Shown in pieces: positions 50,958-64,000 of a stretch of 64,000 bases of DNA. This DNA comes from Eledone cirrhosa (taxonomy: Eukaryota). Each line of letters starts with the position of its first letter. Positions within the stretch are counted from its first letter, which is position 1. Location: the NCBI GenBank assembly GCA_964016885.1, contig OZ024743.1, positions 262,632,001-262,696,000 on the forward strand, written 5' to 3'. The position numbers were made by a program, and so were the translations under genes. The notes below the pieces were generated by a model. It saw nothing but the letters and a program-made list of their open reading frames with translations, did not search any database and had not been told where the DNA came from.

Positions 50958-53728
50958 AATTAAAATACTAGAGTGCGTTGGAGTAAAACACACTCGTCGT
51001 ATTATAGAAATGACAGTATAGGGTATAGCTCAATGTCATACAACAGAGCCGAAAAATTATAAAAATAGTGGTAATGTTTTAACTGCTTCTAATAATGTTA
51101 ATTCAACTGGCCCTCGTATTAACCCTGATCCTATTAATAGGATACCAGATCACGGTAGAGATAGTAAAGGTAGGAATAGGAGGAGACTCAATACTTACTT
51201 TAACCCGCCTTTTGATCATGAAGTATTAACTAATATCCCTAGGTCTTTCTTTTCTATTTTAGAGAAAAATTTCCCCCCTACTAATAAATATCATGGTATA
51301 TTTAATAAAAACGTAATTAAACTCTCCTTCTCTACCACCCCTAACATTAATTCTCATCTAGCTAGCACTAACAATAGGAAAATTAGGGATAGCTACTCCT
51401 CTTTGCGTACTGCTAATCTAGATAGCTCTATTGATAACTTACCGCCCGAGCAGATCTTATCTTATAATAACCCTAGGAATAATGCACCGCGTAATCAGCT
51501 AACCACTAGTACCCGGAAGTGTAACTGTAGAGTAAATAATAACTGCCCTTTAAATGGTCACTGCCTCTCTAGGAACATTGTTTATGCATGTGAAGTTAAG
51601 ACTAATTCTTCTTGTAGCACATATATAGGCTCCACATCTAATACTTTTAAAACTAGGTTTAATTCACATATTTCTAATTTTAAGCATATCAAGTTTAAGA
51701 ACTCTACTTCTTTGGCACACCACATCTGGGATTTAAAAGGGGCTGGTATTCCATATAGCCTAAATTGGCGAATAGTAGCACACTCTAATCACCTAGCAAC
51801 ACACACTAAATTCTGTAATCTTTGCATCCTAGAGACCCATTCTATAATTTTCTCTAGGAGCTTATTGCTTAATAGAAAATCTGAGATATTTTCTTCCTGT
51901 CCGCATGCCATTTCTAATTCTTTCTTCTATTATAGACCTAAAAGTTCTGGTAGTTTAAACCGTATCCATTAGTTGCTATATTTCCCTATCTCTTTGGATT
52001 TAGTTCATTATTATTACCATTATTATTAATTTTCTATGGTTGTTTCGATTTTCGAATTTTAGTTTTCATAGTCTTATTAGCTACCTTACCATATCTATCA
52101 TCTTATACATTATTACATTTTTACTCAATATTATCGCCTTGTAAGTTTGTATCTTATTGAATAGTTTAATTTTTAGTCTCCTACATCTAAAACTAACGAA
52201 CCTCCTCCTTTCCACACTTAATATTCGCCCCTTTTTATTATATTATATATAAATTCTACTTTCATACTCCTTTTTATTATATTATATTATATATTAATTT
52301 TTACTTTTATGATCCTTCCTATCCTCCATAGTTTCACTTCTTTCTGTTCCTATTGGTCTACCATAGTTTTATTTAGAGTTTTTTCTTTGATTACGTAATT
52401 CGTCTGAACAGATCGTAATGTATATTATATAGTTTTTATTGAAATATCCTAACTTTATACGACTTTGATGACTTAAACTTTATTCCATTTGAAGGGACCA
52501 ATAATATCTTTTAAGCTATTTTAATATTAATTAATTTAATAAGGTTTTCTATTCAATTCTTTAGTTTAGAATAATAATATCTTCTATATTTACATAATAA
52601 ATCGTTATACCTACGTAACTGTGCTTGTTTTTGTTTTTTGTTTTTGTTTTTGTATTTCATTTTATTTTGTTTTATTTATTTTTTTACTACCACATGCTGT
52701 CTGTCCTACTATCATCATCATAATTATTTCTTTACTATCACTTGCTGTTTGTCTTCCTATAATTTGCTTTGCATCATAACATGCCTCCCTATATTAATAT
52801 ATTAATCGCGTAAATATCTCTTAAACATTTTCCATTGACTCTGTCTGTCTGCAATTATATACTTTTATATTATTATATTATTTATTATTATAATATTAAC
52901 ATTTATATATCATATTATTTCTATGTAATTGTATTATACGTATTAATATAAGTCAGATATTTAAGGTACTGTTTTGTAATATTTTATGAATGTAAACTCC
53001 ATATACCTCTGTATATTTATTATCATTACTCTATGTATTTATATATATATATATATTTTTTCAACATACTTCAGTTTTATGATATTTTTCTTACCCTGTG
53101 AAAAACTTTATGTACAATTTGTTGACATTAAGTGATATGTATGATGTAGTTTTGTATATATTTTTTGATGTCAGTATATTATTCTATTATTTTTTGTATA
53201 GCTTATTTTTTTGTATAGTTTATTTTTTGTATAGTTTATGTGCACCGTCAGGGTGATTTTTATATTATAGAGAGTATATTTATACTTATTAAGTGTTAGT
53301 ATGTGTTTGTGAAAATGTGTATATATATATGGATATATATATATATATATACATATATTAAGCTTTATATTTCTTATTACCCATTATATTGTATTCTATA
53401 TCATATTGTAATTCTCACATTGTATTACCATGTTGTATTTAATGTATTTCTCTTATACTGTAATTTCAACGTTGGTTTGACATTTTACTCACTTTATTGC
53501 CCTATAGTCTATATTTGTAACTGCACACTTTTAGCTTTAGCATGCTTTTCCTTCATATCTCTCATAAGCTTTCATGGATATGAATTCCCTATTCTTCTGA
53601 GTTTTGGTTAGTTCTGGCCGTTAATGCTTCTTATCTGTTTACTTGCCCTGATGAGTCCTGATTAATGGGACGAAACATTGTAGGCTAATAAAGACTTTTG
53701 ATGTATTGAAGGCTTCTTTGTCTATTTT

Positions 53729-53731
<3 letters not shown>
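50955..53731 (+). mobile_element. 5'-truncated PLE (Hydra-like) with about 1.7-kb AT-rich 3' region between (TA)n tracts
   Basis: YFNPPF (about 51195), CNCRVNNNCPL, IVY..TYIGST, CNLC..C.H; stop at 51972; terminal hammerhead. Confidence 0.85.
53645..53685 (+). ncRNA. Minimal type I hammerhead ribozyme
   Basis: GCC CTGATGA GTCC..GGAC GAAA C ATT GTA GGC followed by AATAAA. Confidence 0.85.
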
Positions 53732-53820
<89 letters not shown>

Positions 53821-53864
53821 ATATATACATGTATATATATACACATATACATACATACATACAT

Positions 53865-55058
53865 ACATGGTGGCTGCCAACTCGTTTTCGAGTACGGCCA
53901 CTACTTTATATCCATGTAGGAGAACTCCTACCGTTGCGCTGAACGAGTGTGACTTTTTAGTCCAGCCAGCGACTTGAAAACTCTGGTACAAACACTACAC
54001 CTGTGACAATTATTGACACATAGTGCTGGGCCCATGGTACCATGTGACGACAAGTGCAGAGAGATCTCCAGATATAAAGCAATGCCTGTGCCGTGAAGCT
54101 TTTATAGTGAGCAAAGGCACTGCACAAAGCCAGTCCCACTCTCTTAACCAAGATGATATTTACCAAAAAGAAGAACAAGTCAACATCATTGGATACCATC
54201 AGTGTTGCAGGTGTTATATCAGAGTTTCCTTCTCCTAGAATTCTGCCTTGACAAAGGCTAAGGGGTCATCTCTCCCGGTGATTTTGGATGATCATTGACT
54301 CCTCAGAGCTCCTTTGCCCTTTGACAGGTTTTGTTTTTAGTTCTGCAGGATGTCCAAAGTCACCCTCCTCACCAAGAAACCTTGGTGGGGTTGCCAGTTT
54401 AGTCGCCAACGACCCGACCATGAGACAGGTTGTACTGGGATACATACATACATACATGGTGGCTGCCAACTCGTTTTCGAGTACGGCCACTACTTTATAT
54501 CCATGTAGGAGAACCCCAACCGATGCGCTGAACGAGTGTGACTTTTTAGTCCAGCCAGCGACTTATAAACTCTGGTACAAACACTACACTTGTGACAATT
54601 ATTGACACATAGTGCTGGGCCCATGGTACCATGTGACAAGTGCAGAGAGATCTCCAGATATAAAGAAATGCCTGTGCCGTGAAGCTTTTATAGTGAGCAA
54701 AGGCACTGCACAAAGCCAGTCCCACTCTCTTAACCAAGATGATATTTACCAAAAAGAAGAACAAGTCAACATCATTGGATACCATCAGGGTTGCAGGTGT
54801 TATATCAGAGTTTTCCTTCTCCTAGAATTCTGCCTTGACAAAGGCTAAGGGGTCATCTCTCCCGGTGATTTGGGATGGCCATTGACTCTTAAGAGCTCCT
54901 TTGCCGTTTGACAGGTTTTGTTTTTAGTCCTGCAGGATGTCCAAAGTCAACCTCCTCACCAAGAAACCTTGGTGGGGTTGCCAGTTTAGTCGCCAACGAC
55001 CCGACCATGAGACAGGTTGTACTGGGATACATGTTACCAGTAGCACCAACTGGTGACC
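53865..55058. repeat. Head-to-tail dimer of an about 590-bp non-coding element in (CATA)n
   Basis: 53865-54440 and 54454-55058 are near-identical and separated by CATA repeats. Confidence 0.85.
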
Positions 55059-55303
55059 ATACATACATACATACATACATACATACATACATACATACAT
55101 ACATACACACATATATACACACATGCATACGTACTCACATATAAAAGGATACATATGCACACACACAAATAAGGATAAATAATCATAGTAGGCCGTCACA
55201 TACAAATAAATAAAAAATAAAGATTAAAAAAAAAAAAAAAAATATTATTAAGTTGACAGCGATACAAGACGGCAAAATGTAGAATAAAAATAAACATAAT
55301 AAA

Positions 55304-55376
<73 letters not shown>

Positions 55377-55411
55377 TTTTCTTTATTAACCACAAGGGTT
55401 AATAAAGAAAA

Positions 55412-55450
<39 letters not shown>

Positions 55451-55689
55451 CCTGTACTGTCCTTAATGTCTACATAAAGTAGACATTAAGGACAGTACAG
55501 GACAATACAGGACGGTACAAATGGGCATTTCTGCGTGTAAAAAAAACAGAGGATGAAATAAAATAACAAAGAAAAATTCCCCAATAGGGGGGAGACTTCC
55601 GAGGGACATTTGTGGAGAAAGCCCATTAAAAGACCACAGTGGCCCTGACCACCAGGGCAAGTGCCCTCTCCCAGTTTTCCACCTTTAAT

Positions 55690-58600
55690 TTACAGACACA
55701 TACTCAGAGAAGGCCCATTCATTCGGGCCATACTTGCTTCTCTCACCCATCTTTCAACAAAATGCTGGGAAGAGAGCACTTCCCTCTCTACCCTGATTTT
55801 CCTTTTCAGATGACATTTGAAAAAGTTAATCAGGGCATCACCGAAGAGGTAAGTGTTCGTCTTCAGCCCTTTCAAACGTGTCCACCATACTATCTCTTTC
55901 GCCATGGCCACCAGACAGATAAAAACTGCCTGCCCTTCCCGGCTAAAGGAAGAGGGCGGGGCAATCCTCACGATGGACTCAGCTGATAGCTGGATCCGTC
56001 CTACACGTGACAGCAGGTGTTCGACATAAACCCACAAGTCAGCAATGCTCGGACACTGGACGAGTGCGTGCAGGACGGTTTCGTCGCCCTGTGCGCATCT
56101 CGGACATGCCCGGCTGACGGCACCTCCATGCCTGTAAAGTTTATCCCGAACTGGCAAAGCACCCCGGTAGCACTGCCAGGCCAGGGATTTCTGGAAGTTG
56201 TCCATAGGCCCCGGCCCGAAAGTCCTTCCGAAGAGATTGGCTAGTTGATTTTCGTCGACGCCTAGAGTTTCTCCAAGTACGTCGTCGCTCTTCCCCTCCA
56301 CTAATCCCCTATAGAACGCCAAGGTGGAGTTTCCACCGATCACATTGCCCGATTGGTCGAGGGCTGTGAGCGCCTGAAGACATTCCAGTCTCCAAGCGCT
56401 CCCTTTCGGTCTTCGCTTGACCCAGGACTGCAGCTCCGTCAAGGAGACGAGCTGGAGAAAAACGTGTCTAGCAAACGGCGACCACACCTGATCACCGTCG
56501 AGGAAGAGGTGGAATGTCGTAGCCTGAGCGCGTGTCTGCGCATCATCAGCCACGGCATGCCCAGCCCTCCACGTAGCGGGTGTTGACAGCAGATGGACCG
56601 CCTAACCATCGGAGCGCGTCCCTTCCACAAGAAGCGAAAGAGCAAACGCTCCAGCGCAGTCAGGCGGGGCTTAGGACAAGGTACGACGGTCAGGCGGTAG
56701 TAGATGACGGACGCGATGTACACGTTAGCCACCTCCGCTCGACCTTTCAGGGATAGCTTCCTCTCGGCCCATTTCTGGGTGAGAGAAGCCACCCTGCTCG
56801 TCACCTCGTCCCAGTTTTTGTCCGTCTGGAGGTCTGGACCGAACCAGACCCCTAGCAATTTAACCGGTCCGTCTGTCCAGCGCCCGACGACGCTGTTGGA
56901 CGGCATGGACCTGCCTCTCCAGGTGCCGAGCTGCAGGCCCACTGACTTTTCCTGGTTGATCATTGCTCCTGTCACCGCTTCGTATTCTCTTAGTGTAGTG
57001 CCGATCGCCTCGATGTGTTTGGCGTTCGACACCACTACGGTGACATCGTCGGCATATGCTGACAGGGATCTTCCGCATTCTAGTTCGCGCGGGATCCCCC
57101 TCAACGTCTCCAGTTTGTGCAGTAATGGCTCGAGAGTCAATACGTACAACAATGACGAGAGGGGACATCCTTGGCGGACCGAGCGCATGATGTTGAACGG
57201 TTCCGAAAGATGACCGTTCACTCTCACTACAGAGCAGATGTTGCTGTGCATGGCAGCGATCCAGCCTCTGAAGACGGGCCCAAAGCCAGCCGCCCTCAGG
57301 ACTGCCTCTAGGTAACGATGGTCGACCCTATCGAAGGCTTTCGACTGATCTAAATTGATCAAAGACCCACCCGTGCCAGGTTCCCTAGCTACCCTCTCTA
57401 CGATGTATCGCATGAGGTGGAGGTTGTCGTGGATGGATCTGTCGGGAATGGCGCATGTCTGTGCCTCTCCCACCAGACCACTAACGACAAGCGCCAACCT
57501 CTTTGCTAGCACCTTGGCCAAAATCTTGAACTCTGTGTTTAGCAGAGTTATGGGCCTAAAATTATCTATGTTATCCCCCTTGTTCGGATCCTTTCTCAGC
57601 AGCGCCACCGCTCCTCGGCTCACAGAGCTGGGAATTCTCCCGTTCTGTTGCCAGTTGCAGTAGACGTCCGCCAAGAGGCCTCCGAACAAGTTTGGCATTT
57701 GTACGTAAAGTTCATAGGGCAGACCATCCAAACCAGGCGATTTACCCCTTGTGCAACTAGTCATTGCATCCCGTACTTCAGCGGTTGTTATCGGCTTTTC
57801 GCAACACTCCGCCTCAGTGGCCGAAAGCCGCGGCAGTCCGTCGAGGTAGACACTAAAGTCCATCCCTCGATCCGGCCCGCCACTGCCCCCGAACAGTTGA
57901 GCGAAGTGTCTTTGCTAAGCGCCTCATCTAATTTTCTAACTAGTTCTCCCTCTGCTCTATTTTTCTCTATTGCTAAAGTCTTACTAAACCTAATGGACTC
58001 TATTCTAATTGCTCTTTTCAGAGCAAACCACCACTTGTTGTTGACGATGGCCCCCGTCAACGCCCGCTTAACTAGTTCGCTAATCCGGTCTCTTTAGGCC
58101 TTGCGCGCTGGTAAGGATGCGTTTAGCTTCCAGCAGCCGGGTCCTCGCCTATGAAGCCTATCTAAGTCAAGCACACAGATCACGAATTTGTGGTCCGTGT
58201 AGCTGACTATCTTGAATTGTGGACAGCCTATGCTAGACCTATCTATTTCCCTACAAAATACTCTATCTAGATATAATCTGGATGACCCTATGCGATTTGT
58301 CCAAGTCCACATTGGTACATTCGGGAAATCCATTCGGTACCTGTCAGACAGTTCAAAACGTCTGAGCAGGTTGGTGAGACTCTTGCACCCTCCTTCCCTA
58401 TCCACTAATCTCACACAATCCCAGCGTGCATCTAAGATCCCGTTCCAGTCGCCCACTAACACTAAAGAGCGGGACGTTCCAAGAAAGGTCTCCAGACGCC
58501 GGAAGAAATCAGGCCGCCCTGCTCCTATCGGGGCATAGACGGCCACTAACCTGAAAGCTTGGCCGTCTCCGCTGGTCACGTCCAGCACCACCAACTTACC

Positions 58601-58870
58601 TTCTGGGTCCAGGAAGATGGCCCGTATGGCAAGATCCAAACCTCTCCGAAAAAGCACAGCAACTCCTCCCCCCGATCCCGGGCGGCTGGGAGATGCGTAC
58701 ACATCGTAGCCGCCGAAGATCGGTGCGAAAGCCTGTGCTTCGGAGATTCTGGTCTCGCTGATGGCCACTACATCTATGTTTAGTGACCTGAGGTCGTTGA
58801 GCAGGTGGCCCTGCTTCCATGATGACCCCAAGCCACGCGCATTTATGCTGCCTATTCTGAGTGAGGTCAT
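55690..58870 (-). pseudogene. L1/Tx1 ORF2: APE, RT, zinc-binding C-terminus
   Basis: GSINARG, ISET, GDWN, YLDR, TDH, WKLN; KSPGLDGLP, NLDQSKAFD, VRQGCPLS, YADD; CPRC..ETVLHALVQC; stop at 58094, deletion or frameshift near 57915 and 56520. Confidence 0.92.
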
Positions 58871-58904
58871 GTTGAAAAGGAGTGGAAAAGATGGGAAAGA
58901 CCAC

Positions 58905-60899
58905 TTACCTTACTTCTCGTAGGGGAAGGACGGTTTTTCCATCCTTTTCACTGCTTGTGGCCTCCTCAGGAAGGATGTCCTTATAAATCCTCCCGGAGAG
59001 TGCTTGTCGGAAGTCTCCGATGTCTTTGGGGAATTTTTGTTTTAGTGTCATGTACGTTTTCTGTGTGATGCGAGTGATTTGTATGTGTGGAGGTGGTGTG
59101 AATTTTGGGGTTGTTGTGTAGTCTTTTTCTGTGATGCTGGTGTTGTGTTGGATGTAGTGTAATAATTGCTTGTTGTTCAAATTTAATGCTGTGTAGTGTG
59201 TATCGTTTTGGTTGTTTTGTTTTGTTTGCGTTTGTTGTGGGTTTGTTTCTGTTTCGCATTTTGGTGACTTTTGTGGTGTAGGTGATGGTGGTGTTGGGGT
59301 TAATGATGGTGATGGTGTTGATGTTTGGGTTGATGGGGTTGGTGATGCTGGTGTGGATGGTGGCATATCTGTCCTAACTTTTTTGTTTCTTAATTTATTT
59401 GTTTCCCTCTGTATTTTGTTTTTGGAGGGGGAAGGAAGAGAATTTTTTCTTTTTTGGTTTCTTTTTTTTTTCCGGATATCGTTTCCCACTCCTCGTCGTC
59501 ACAATCTGTCTCCAGTTGTGATAGACCGGGGAGTGGAAAATCCTCCACAGCCGTTAGTTTTGGTTGTGGCGTGGTGGATGGTGTAGGCGCTGGTGCTAGT
59601 TCTGAAGCGTTGGGTGGTGGTGGTGTTGGTTTTGCTGGTGGTGGTGGTGGTTTTGCTACTGTTGCTGGGGTTGTTGCTGTTATAGTTGCTTCTGTTGTTG
59701 TTGCTACAGTTGTTGCTGCCATCTCTGCTACTGGTGGTGTTGATGGTTGTGTCACTGGGGTGGGTAGGAGAGGTGGCCTCAACCTTTTAGCCTGAGGGCA
59801 GAAAGCCCTTAGGTGGGTTCCTTCACCACAAACGACACACCTAGGTCTTCTGCCCTCGACAATTACCGTGAGGTGGCTGCCGTCAGTGAGGTCTATTACC
59901 TCTGGGATCTCCTCAATGCTTTTTTGGTCCGCTTGGATCAGGAGCTCCATCCCAGATCCGGACCAGTTCTGCTGCTTTTCTTTTGCTATTGCTATTATTT
60001 TCGTGTTGGCTTCGATGCCGGCGAGGACGGCCGCTATTAGCCAGGGAATTTCGATGGCCGGTGGAACGTGGGTCACCCTGATCTTTACGAATCTCTGGCC
60101 ACAATAGCTTGGGACGAGTGTGAAGTCGTCACTTCTTAATGGGGCCATGGAGTGTTCTCTAGCCTCCTCTGGTGTTTCAAAGAACACGTCCACGGTTCCA
60201 TACTTTTGCCCACGTCTGATGTGGGTTTTTCTTGCCCACACATGTCCCAAAGCTTTTTGGATTTGGGACTCGGATGCCCGTTCCACTCGGCGCGATTTTA
60301 CATTTATTGTTCTATACGACACGGTGCATAGGTGCCGATGCTCCATTTTATTAGGTGGGGGTGGGAGGGGTGAGGCTGACCCTGTACCCATCTTTCTTTA
60401 CCATTTGTTTGGCATTTTCTAAATCCTCCTGAGTTACCGTAAATGCTTCGAACTGTTTTGCTACTCTGGCGAAACTGAGGGTCGGTTTTATAATGTCATT
60501 GTTGTTGTTGTTGCTATCGTTATTTGTGTTAATATTAATTTTAGTTTCAGTTGTGGTGGTGGTGACGTCAGTCGTCTTTGGTGGGGAAGAGTCCATTTTG
60601 CTTGATTTCATTTCGACATCACGAGTTAATTTATTTTTTTCTTCTTTTGTTTCTGTTGTCGCGGTGGTGGTGGGGGTGGTGGTTGTCGCGGTGGTGGTGG
60701 TGGTGGAGGCTTTAACACCTGCAGTCATTGGTAATGGCGGGAAATGAATGTCTGCCTGAGAAAAATTTAAAATATTGCTAGTGCTTATATTTTTTTTAGT
60801 GTTGGCAAACGTAGTAACATTTACAATGGTAGTGTCGGTGTGAGGTGTTAATTTGTGAGAAAGGCTTTCAGCTGCTTCGTGCAGAGGTGAATTAGCCAT
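58905..60899 (-). pseudogene. L1/Tx1 ORF1, split in three frames
   Basis: SFARVA motif, RRM-like region, CVVCGEGTHLRAFC knuckle, Pro/Thr-rich tail. Confidence 0.8.
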
Positions 60900-61169
60900 T
60901 TTTTTTCAAAGAAATTTTTTGATAATAAAAGTTAAAATTTTGGGCACAAGGCCCCAATCTTTTTGGGTGTCCTTTTCGGAAAACAATGTATGTGTGCTTA
61001 TAAACAGTTAACAATAAAATTTTCCATAAATGGCAATTTTTAACAAACGGAAATAACAAACCTTTGCGGAGCTCACGATGATACGATTTACTACGTAGGT
61101 CGCCAATAATAATAATAATAATAATAATAAATGACCAAACGTACGTGGTAAGCAAATGCGCAAAAAAAC

Positions 61170-62659
<1,490 letters not shown>

Positions 62660-62660
<1 letters not shown>

Positions 62661-63860
62661 GTAAAATTAATATCTAAAAATCAAAAGGGGGTGGGTATGT
62701 AAAGAATAAGATAGAGAGTAGGTGGGAATAAGGAAAATAAATAACATAAGAAAAAGTTAAAAAATAAGAGGAGATAAGAGAGAAAAAGAAAATAAGGGTA
62801 CAGAAAGTGAGTTCAGAGAGTAATAAAAGTCGTAGTAGATGTAAGGCGTAAAGAGCAAAGAAGAAGTTCAAGGAGGTTAAGTCATCGTAGTAAAGAAGAA
62901 GTTCAAGGTGGTTGAGTCATCGTAGGAATGTCAATCCAGTTACAGAGCAGATGTGATTTCAGGTGAGGACAACATCTGAAGATCTCGATCTTGGAGTTAA
63001 GGCAAGTTGAAGTGGCTTTCAAATTCTGTAGAATTCTAAACTTTTCAGTGGTACACAAAGAACAATTCTTTGTGCCCCTTTGGTATTCCCTCGAATGGTC
63101 TAAAATAGACCAATCGATAGAGTACGGGATGTTATTATCTTTGAATTCTCACACCTTATTAGCGAGGGCCGTTGCTGTTCTTTTATCAGAGTGTTTAAAA
63201 GAAGCGACATGTGCATAAAACCTGGTTTTGAACCTGTCTTGAATCATACCAACATATCGTTCACTCCTGGCTGGCTGGTTGTTAATCAAAGGTGTTACTT
63301 TGGCCTCATATACAACGGATTTGGTGTTACATTTGCCCTGTAATGGGCATTCATCCGGATTCCTGCAACTGCATCCTGGATTTATTCTCGTACGATTAGA
63401 GTTGGTGATTTTAGACTTCATAGATGGGCAGCAAAAGTAACTAATTTTAACTACATTTCTATTAAATACCTTATAATATCGATCATTAGGGGGAAAATGC
63501 TTATCTAGGAGGTCAAGGAATTTCCTTCCTACATTAGTTTTGACAGTTAGAGAGAAGGGGGTGTAAACCAAATAATTTTCCTTTTCCTATTATTGTGATT
63601 AGTTTCAGGGGGAGGGGTAGGTAAATATGTAATCTGTTCTGTAAAGCCGCTGTTATTGAGGGCTTTATTATAATAAGGGGCAGCTTTATTAAAAATGTCT
63701 AGAGAAGAAGATAAAGTAGAAATCCTAAGACTAATATTGGGAATAAGATTTTTTTAAATTATAGGGGGATGGCAAGACTCTTTGTGTATATATCTTAGAT
63801 TCTCGTTAGGTTTATGATAAGGTTTTAAAAAGGCAGTAAGTAGATCAAGATAGTATATCG
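62660..63860 (-). pseudogene. PLE (Hydra-like) RT end and GIY-YIG with stops and frameshifts
   Basis: YTPFS..KFLDLLDKHFP, CSCRNPDECPL, VVY..YVG, CSLC..C.H. Confidence 0.85.
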
Positions 63861-64000
63861 ATATTATGGGTGTGGAGAAGGAATAATCCTACCAAGTCAC
63901 ACACATCTGCACTGTCATATGAACCCATTGCAACATCGAAAGAGTAGAGTTTTCCTAGCACGAAAAATAATGTCTTCTAATTTAGAAATATTAATGAAAG

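Larger units (their letters stand above)
55305..61104 (-). mobile_element. Full-length L1/Tx1-like LINE in an (AAT/ATT)n tract
   Basis: ORF1 and ORF2, AATAAA and (ATT)n tail; 5' end abuts (AAT)n at 61105-61130. Confidence 0.9.

Noticed and set aside
63149-63151. In-frame TGA in a PLE endonuclease as possible selenocysteine, as in some Naiad PLEs
   Set aside because: It aligns with a conserved Trp (KAWQL, HIWDL in the other copies), not Cys, so TGG to TGA decay is more likely; domain order is also not Naiad-like

Overview
AT-rich, microsatellite-dense eukaryotic DNA, not prokaryotic. The SINE, RTE and Penelope repertoire suggests a mollusc, probably Octopus-like (inference). The window is almost entirely transposon-derived. 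It holds one bounded Ty3/Gypsy element with LTRs, a TSD and a -1 frameshift signal, plus a second decayed Gypsy. It also holds a near-full-length RTE LINE with a PHD finger inside its RT, many RTE 3' fragments, a full-length L1/Tx1-like LINE sitting in (AAT)n, tRNA-derived SINEs and piggyBac-type MITEs. At least 8 Penelope-like element (PLE) insertions are present, four with the CxCx5C linker of the Hydra clade, mostly inside (TA)n tracts and with inverted pseudo-LTRs. The strongest hidden signal is a set of about 13 hammerhead ribozyme motifs at these PLE ends and in small ORF-less modules. One is a full-size hammerhead (15950-16030) whose loops II and III are complementary. A few short phase-compatible minus-strand exon candidates suggest the window is intronic to a host gene. 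Most short ORFs in the track are microsatellite or antisense noise.
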